Assembly: GCA_041496385.1 (NCBI GenBank)
Contig: JBGQEL010000131.1
Span: forward strand, 1-11,345
Direction of reading: 5' to 3'
Length of the DNA stretch: 11,345 nt
Origin: Candidatus Methylomirabilia bacterium
GTDB lineage: Bacteria; Methylomirabilota; Methylomirabilia; Rokubacteriales; CSP1-6
In this document: piece by piece, positions 7,857 to 11,345 of the stretch
Layout of the letters: each line of letters starts with the position of its first letter
Numbering within the stretch: the stretch's first letter is position 1
Notes under the pieces: model-generated
What the model was told of the DNA's origin: nothing
The model's input: only the letters and a program-made list of their open reading frames with translations
Databases searched by the model: none
Made by a program: the position numbers and the translations under genes

Positions 7857-7877
7857 CGCGGCGTTGACGGCGCCGCG
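7857..7877. terminator. GC hairpin between convergent genes (possible terminator)
   Basis: CGCGGCG-TTGACGG-CGCCGCG forms a perfect 7-bp stem in the 35-nt gap between two stop codons. No U-tract on either side. Confidence 0.35.
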
Positions 7878-7888
7878 GCCCGGCCGCC

Positions 7889-9409
7889 CTACGGAATCGT
7901 GGCGAGGTACCGCGGCGGGCGACGCGCCTTCGTCGCCTGCTCGAAGGCGTGCGCGAGCCGGATGAGCGTGGGCTCGCTCCAGGCGCGACCCATGAAGGTG
8001 ATCCCCACGGGGAGGCCCAGCACGTCGCCGGCCGGGACGCTGACCAGCGGGTAGCCCGCCAGCGCGGCGCTCTTGGCGCTGCTGCCGCGGAACAGATCGC
8101 CGTTGACGAGGTCGATCTTCCACGCGGGCGTGGTCGTCGGCGCGACGAGCGCGTCGAGCCGTTCCCGCTCGAGGACGGCGTCGAGGCCCTCGCGGCCCGC
8201 CAGCCGGCGGCACGCCTCGAGGGCCCGGACGTATTCCTCCTCGGTCAGGGCGCCCTTGGCCTGCGCGCGGACGAGCAGCTCCTGACCGAAGAACGGCAAG
8301 TTCTCGCCCGGGTTCCGCGTGTTGAACTCGATGACGTCCTCGAGCGTCCGGACGCGCGCGCCAGGCTCGAGCCCAGCCAGGTACGCGTTGACCCCGGCCT
8401 TGAACTCGTAGGCCAGCACGATGGACTCCGACGCCGTGAGCGCGGCGCGGTCGAAGTTCGGGATCGCCACGGGATCGACGACGACGGCGGCCGCCTGCCG
8501 CATCACCTCGAGGGCGCGCGTCGCGACCGCGTCGGCCTTCGGGCTGTAGCCGTAGTAGCCCTCGCGGGGCACGCCGATCCGCGCGCCCTTCAGGCCGTCC
8601 GCGTCCAGGAAGTGCCTGTAGTCCGTGTGTGACTTGCCCGCGCTCGCCTGCGTGGCGGCGTCGCGCGGGTCCACGCCGACGAGCGCGCCGAGCGTGGTCG
8701 CGGCGTCGGCGACCGTCCGTCCGAACGGTCCGACCGTGTCCTGGGTGGCCGAGATCGGGATGACGCCGGCGCGGCTCGTCAGCCCGACGGTCGGCTTGAT
8801 CCCCACGACGCCGTTGACCCCCGCGGGGCAGACGATCGAGCCGTCCGTCTCGGTGCCGATCGCCACGGCCACGAGGTTCGCCGCGACGGCGATCGCCGAG
8901 CCCGAGCTGGACCCGCACGGCGTGCGATCCAGCGCGTAGGGGTTGCGCGCCTGGCCGTTGCGCGCGCTCCAGCCGCTGGACGAGGGCGACGACTTGAAGT
9001 ACGCCCACTCGCTCATCGACGCCTTGCCCAGGAGCACGGCGCCCGCCTCACGCAGGCGGCGCGCCACGGTCGAGTCCTCGCGGGGGCGCGCGCCGACCAG
9101 CGCCCGCGCGCCCGCGGTCGTCTCCGTCGTGTCGGCCGTCGCGATGTTGTCCTTCAGGAGCACGGGGATCCCGTGGAGCGGCCCCCGCGCGCCGCGAGTC
9201 CGGCGCTCCGCGTCCAGCGCCCGGGCGATCGCGAGCGCGTCGGCGTTGATCTCCTGGACCGCGCGCAGCGTGGGGCCGCTCCGGTCGATCGCCTCGATCC
9301 GCGCGAGATAGATCCGCGTCAGCGCCTCCGCGCTCAGGCGCCCCGACTGCATCGCCGCCTGCAGCGCGGCGATGGTGGCCTCTTCGACGTCTCCGTCCGC
9401 GTCCGTCAT
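7889..9409 (-). CDS. Amidase signature (AS) family enzyme
   Basis: 506 aa from ATG 9409 ([17 protein letters not shown]). Catalytic Lys in [14 protein letters not shown], cis-Ser loop PCGSSSGSA, nucleophile in [12 protein letters not shown], then [21 protein letters not shown]. The ORF-track extension to 10759 is antisense to the Rieske gene. Confidence 0.95.
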   Translation of the reverse strand: MTDADGDVEEATIAALQAAMQSGRLSAEALTRIYLARIEAIDRSGPTLRAVQEINADALAIARALDAERRTRGARGPLHGIPVLLKDNIATADTTETTAGARALVGARPREDSTVARRLREAGAVLLGKASMSEWAYFKSSPSSSGWSARNGQARNPYALDRTPCGSSSGSAIAVAANLVAVAIGTETDGSIVCPAGVNGVVGIKPTVGLTSRAGVIPISATQDTVGPFGRTVADAATTLGALVGVDPRDAATQASAGKSHTDYRHFLDADGLKGARIGVPREGYYGYSPKADAVATRALEVMRQAAAVVVDPVAIPNFDRAALTASESIVLAYEFKAGVNAYLAGLEPGARVRTLEDVIEFNTRNPGENLPFFGQELLVRAQAKGALTEEEYVRALEACRRLAGREGLDAVLERERLDALVAPTTTPAWKIDLVNGDLFRGSSAKSAALAGYPLVSVPAGDVLGLPVGITFMGRAWSEPTLIRLAHAFEQATKARRPPRYLATIP

Positions 9410-9469
9410 GGCTCCGGCCGCGAGGATACCACCGGCCAGGAGGCGGTCCCGGTGTGCTATATCTGCCGC
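9410..9469. promoter_or_regulatory. Compact divergent promoter region (amidase / Rieske oxygenase)
   Basis: Minus strand: extended -10 TG-G-TATCCT (9431-9423), 13 nt before the amidase ATG. Plus strand: TGTG-C-TATATC (9453-9463), 6 nt before ATG 9470. Also AGGAGG (9438-9443) 8 nt before an in-frame GTG at 9452. Confidence 0.5.
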
Positions 9470-10711
9470 ATGGCGACTCCCCTTCCGCAGCGCGCCTGGC
9501 CCGGGCCGACCCTCGCGCGCGTGCCGTACTGGGTCTACCAGGACGAGGACAACTACCGCGCCGAGCTGCGCCGGATCTTCGAGGGCCCGGTGTGGAACTT
9601 CGTGGGGCTCGAGTCCGACGTCGCGCGGCCTGGCGACTATCGCGTCACCTTCGTCGGCGAGATGCCGGTGATCGTGGTGCGCGACCGTGACGGCGCCGTG
9701 CACGCCTTCGAGAACCGCTGCGCCCATCGGGGCGCGCTGATCGCGCTGGACGACGGGGGCACGGTCGACCGGCACTTCCAGTGCGTCTATCACGCGTGGA
9801 GCTACGACCTCCAGGGCAACCTCGCAGGCATCGCGTTCGAGAAGGGCTCCAACGGCCGCGGCGGGATGCCCGAGAGCTTCTGCAAGGCGGAGCACGGGCC
9901 CCGCAAGCTCCGGACGGCGATCGTGTGCGGCCTGGTCTTCGCCAGCCTCTCGCCGGACGCGCCGCCGATCGAGGCGTATCTGGGCGCCGAGGTGGGCGCC
10001 CGCCTCGCGCGCGTGCTCTGCCGGCCCGTCGAGGTGCTCGGCCGCTTCGTCCAGGCGCTGCCGAACAACTGGAAGCTCTACGTGGAGAACGTGAAGGACA
10101 CCTACCACGCGAGCCTGCTGCACGCGTTCTTCGGCACCTTCCGCATCACGCGCCTGACCCAGGGCGGCGGCGTCCTCGTGAGCCCCGACGGCGGGCATCA
10201 CGCGAGCTACACGATCGACCGCGCGGACGACCGCGGGAGCTCCGCCTACCGCGAGCAAGGTATCCGCTCGGAGAAGAAGGGCTACCGGCTCGCCGATCCG
10301 AGCCTGCTCGACGCGGTGGACGAGTTCGGCGACGGCGTCCAGCTCCAGATCCTCACGGTGTTCCCGAACCTCGTCGTTCAGCAGATCCAGAACTGCCTCG
10401 CGGTGCGCCAGGTCCTGCCCAAGGGGCCGCACGCGATGGAGCTGCACTGGACCTACTTCGGCTTCGCCGACGACTCGGCCGAGATGCGCCGCCGGCGGCT
10501 CAGACAGGCGAACCTCGTCGGGCCCGCGGGCTACGTGTCCATGGAGGACGGCTGCGTGGGCGGCTTCGTCGAGCGCGGCGTCGCCGCCGCGGGGGACGAG
10601 CTGTCGGTCGTCAACATGGGCGGCGAGGGCGCCGAGTCGCAGGACACGCGGGCGACCGAGGCTTCGGTCCGCGGCTTCTGGAAGGCCTACCGGCGCTACA
10701 TGGGCTGCTGA
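9470..10711 (+). CDS. tphA2: Rieske aromatic ring-hydroxylating oxygenase alpha subunit, terephthalate 1,2-dioxygenase (TphA2)-like
   Basis: 413 aa. Rieske ligands NRCAHRG...QCVYHAW, mononuclear Fe site [13 protein letters not shown] and SMEDG. Long stretches match Comamonas TphA2 as I recall it ([14 protein letters not shown], [21 protein letters not shown], [15 protein letters not shown]). The symbol denotes the closest recognised homolog, not proven activity. Alternative start is GTG 9452. Confidence 0.85.
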   Translation: MATPLPQRAWPGPTLARVPYWVYQDEDNYRAELRRIFEGPVWNFVGLESDVARPGDYRVTFVGEMPVIVVRDRDGAVHAFENRCAHRGALIALDDGGTVDRHFQCVYHAWSYDLQGNLAGIAFEKGSNGRGGMPESFCKAEHGPRKLRTAIVCGLVFASLSPDAPPIEAYLGAEVGARLARVLCRPVEVLGRFVQALPNNWKLYVENVKDTYHASLLHAFFGTFRITRLTQGGGVLVSPDGGHHASYTIDRADDRGSSAYREQGIRSEKKGYRLADPSLLDAVDEFGDGVQLQILTVFPNLVVQQIQNCLAVRQVLPKGPHAMELHWTYFGFADDSAEMRRRRLRQANLVGPAGYVSMEDGCVGGFVERGVAAAGDELSVVNMGGEGAESQDTRATEASVRGFWKAYRRYMGC

Positions 10712-10712
10712 G

Positions 10713-11192
10713 GTGGGCGCCGCCACCGCGGGCCTCCTCCCGCTCGTCGCCCAGCTCAACGCCGACTACGCGCGGGCCATCGACGACGACCGGCTGGAGG
10801 ACTGGCCGGGCTTCTTCGTCGAGCGCTGCGTCTACAAGATCACCTCGGCGGACAACTATCGGCGGGGCCTCCCGGCCGGCATCGTCTACGCCGACTCGCA
10901 GGGCATGCTCCGCGACCGCGTCGCGGCGCTGCGCGAGGCGAATATCTACGAGCGCCAGGCGTACCGCCACGTGATCGGGCTGCCCGCGATCCTCGGCGAG
11001 GCCGACGGCGCGGTGCGCGCCGAGGCGCCGTTCCTCGTCGTGCGCATCGTGCGTGGGGGCGCGATGGATCTCTTCGCCACGGGCCGGTACCTGGACACGC
11101 TGGTCGACGACGGCGGGGCGCTGCGCTTTCGCGAGCGCCTCGTGGTGTGCGACAGCAGCCGCATCGACACGCTCCTCGCGATTCCGCTCTAG
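10713..11192 (+). CDS. tphA3: Ring-hydroxylating oxygenase beta subunit, TphA3-like
   Basis: 159 aa. GTG is 1 nt after the alpha stop. NADYARAIDDDRLEDWPGFF, ADSQGMLRDRVAALREANIYER, VVCDSSRIDTLLAIPL match the TphA3/AndAd/NagH beta family, closest to TphA3 as recalled. Confidence 0.85.
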   Translation: MGAATAGLLPLVAQLNADYARAIDDDRLEDWPGFFVERCVYKITSADNYRRGLPAGIVYADSQGMLRDRVAALREANIYERQAYRHVIGLPAILGEADGAVRAEAPFLVVRIVRGGAMDLFATGRYLDTLVDDGGALRFRERLVVCDSSRIDTLLAIPL

Positions 11193-11345
11193 CCCGGACT
11201 GTTCATGAACGATCACACGCGAGACGGACGGGTCCTGGCGTCGCGGGCTGGGCTCGCGCTCCGGCTCCGTCACCCACTCGCTCGATCGCAGCTCTTCGAG
11301 CTGCGGACGGGACTCGGGGGGCCCACTTCGCCGGCTGCGCGAGCC
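11193..11345. repeat. Nested palindromic non-coding element (REP/MITE-like or structured RNA), cut by the window edge
   Basis: Palindrome GTTCATGAAC (11201-11210). GGCTCGCGC (11251-11259) pairs with GCGCGAGCC (11337-11345); CCGGC (11261-11265) with GCCGG (11330-11334); CCGTC (11267-11271) with GACGG (11306-11310). Inner hairpin CGCAGCTC-TTC-GAGCTGCG (11287-11305). Confidence 0.55.

Noticed and set aside
4875..9008. 1377-aa minus-strand ORF
   Set aside because: Arg/Ala/Gly-rich with no motifs. It is antisense to the hydrolase and Mo-enzyme and out of frame with the amidase, a typical high-GC shadow ORF.
7889..9409. gatA call
   Set aside because: No gatC/gatB alongside, and GTETDGS rather than the GatA-type GSDTGGS.
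9410..10759. Apparent 956-aa amidase fusion, and the 9173 extension of the Rieske ORF
   Set aside because: Each extension is the antisense of the other real gene. Family homology begins at 9409 (minus) and about 9470 (plus).
11205..11345. ORF from ATG 11205 running off the right edge
   Set aside because: Atypical codon usage, no family resemblance, and it coincides with the nested palindromes. It cannot be fully excluded without more sequence.

Overview
Very GC-rich (about 70%+ by eye), gene-dense bacterial window of catabolic and redox enzyme genes. The style resembles Rokubacteria/Methylomirabilota or Actinobacteria, but taxonomy cannot be determined here. Left to right: (-) acyl-CoA dehydrogenase (runs off the left edge, missing from the ORF track) coupled to a VOC/methylmalonyl-CoA-epimerase-like gene; a divergent promoter; (+) TauD/TfdA-family Fe(II)/2OG dioxygenase, LLM (Rv3093c-like, probably F420-dependent) oxidoreductase, and an MFS transporter with no canonical start codon; (+) dienelactone-hydrolase-family gene and a stand-alone bis-MGD molybdo/tungsto-enzyme with an unusual Fe-S motif; (-) amidase-signature enzyme divergent from (+) a Rieske oxygenase alpha/beta pair closely resembling terephthalate 1,2-dioxygenase TphA2/TphA3, with no tphA1/tphB/tphC/tphR in the window; and a nested palindromic non-coding element at the right edge. 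No rRNA, tRNA, CRISPR, transposase or regulator gene was seen. All family calls come from motif recognition and recalled sequences, not database searches.
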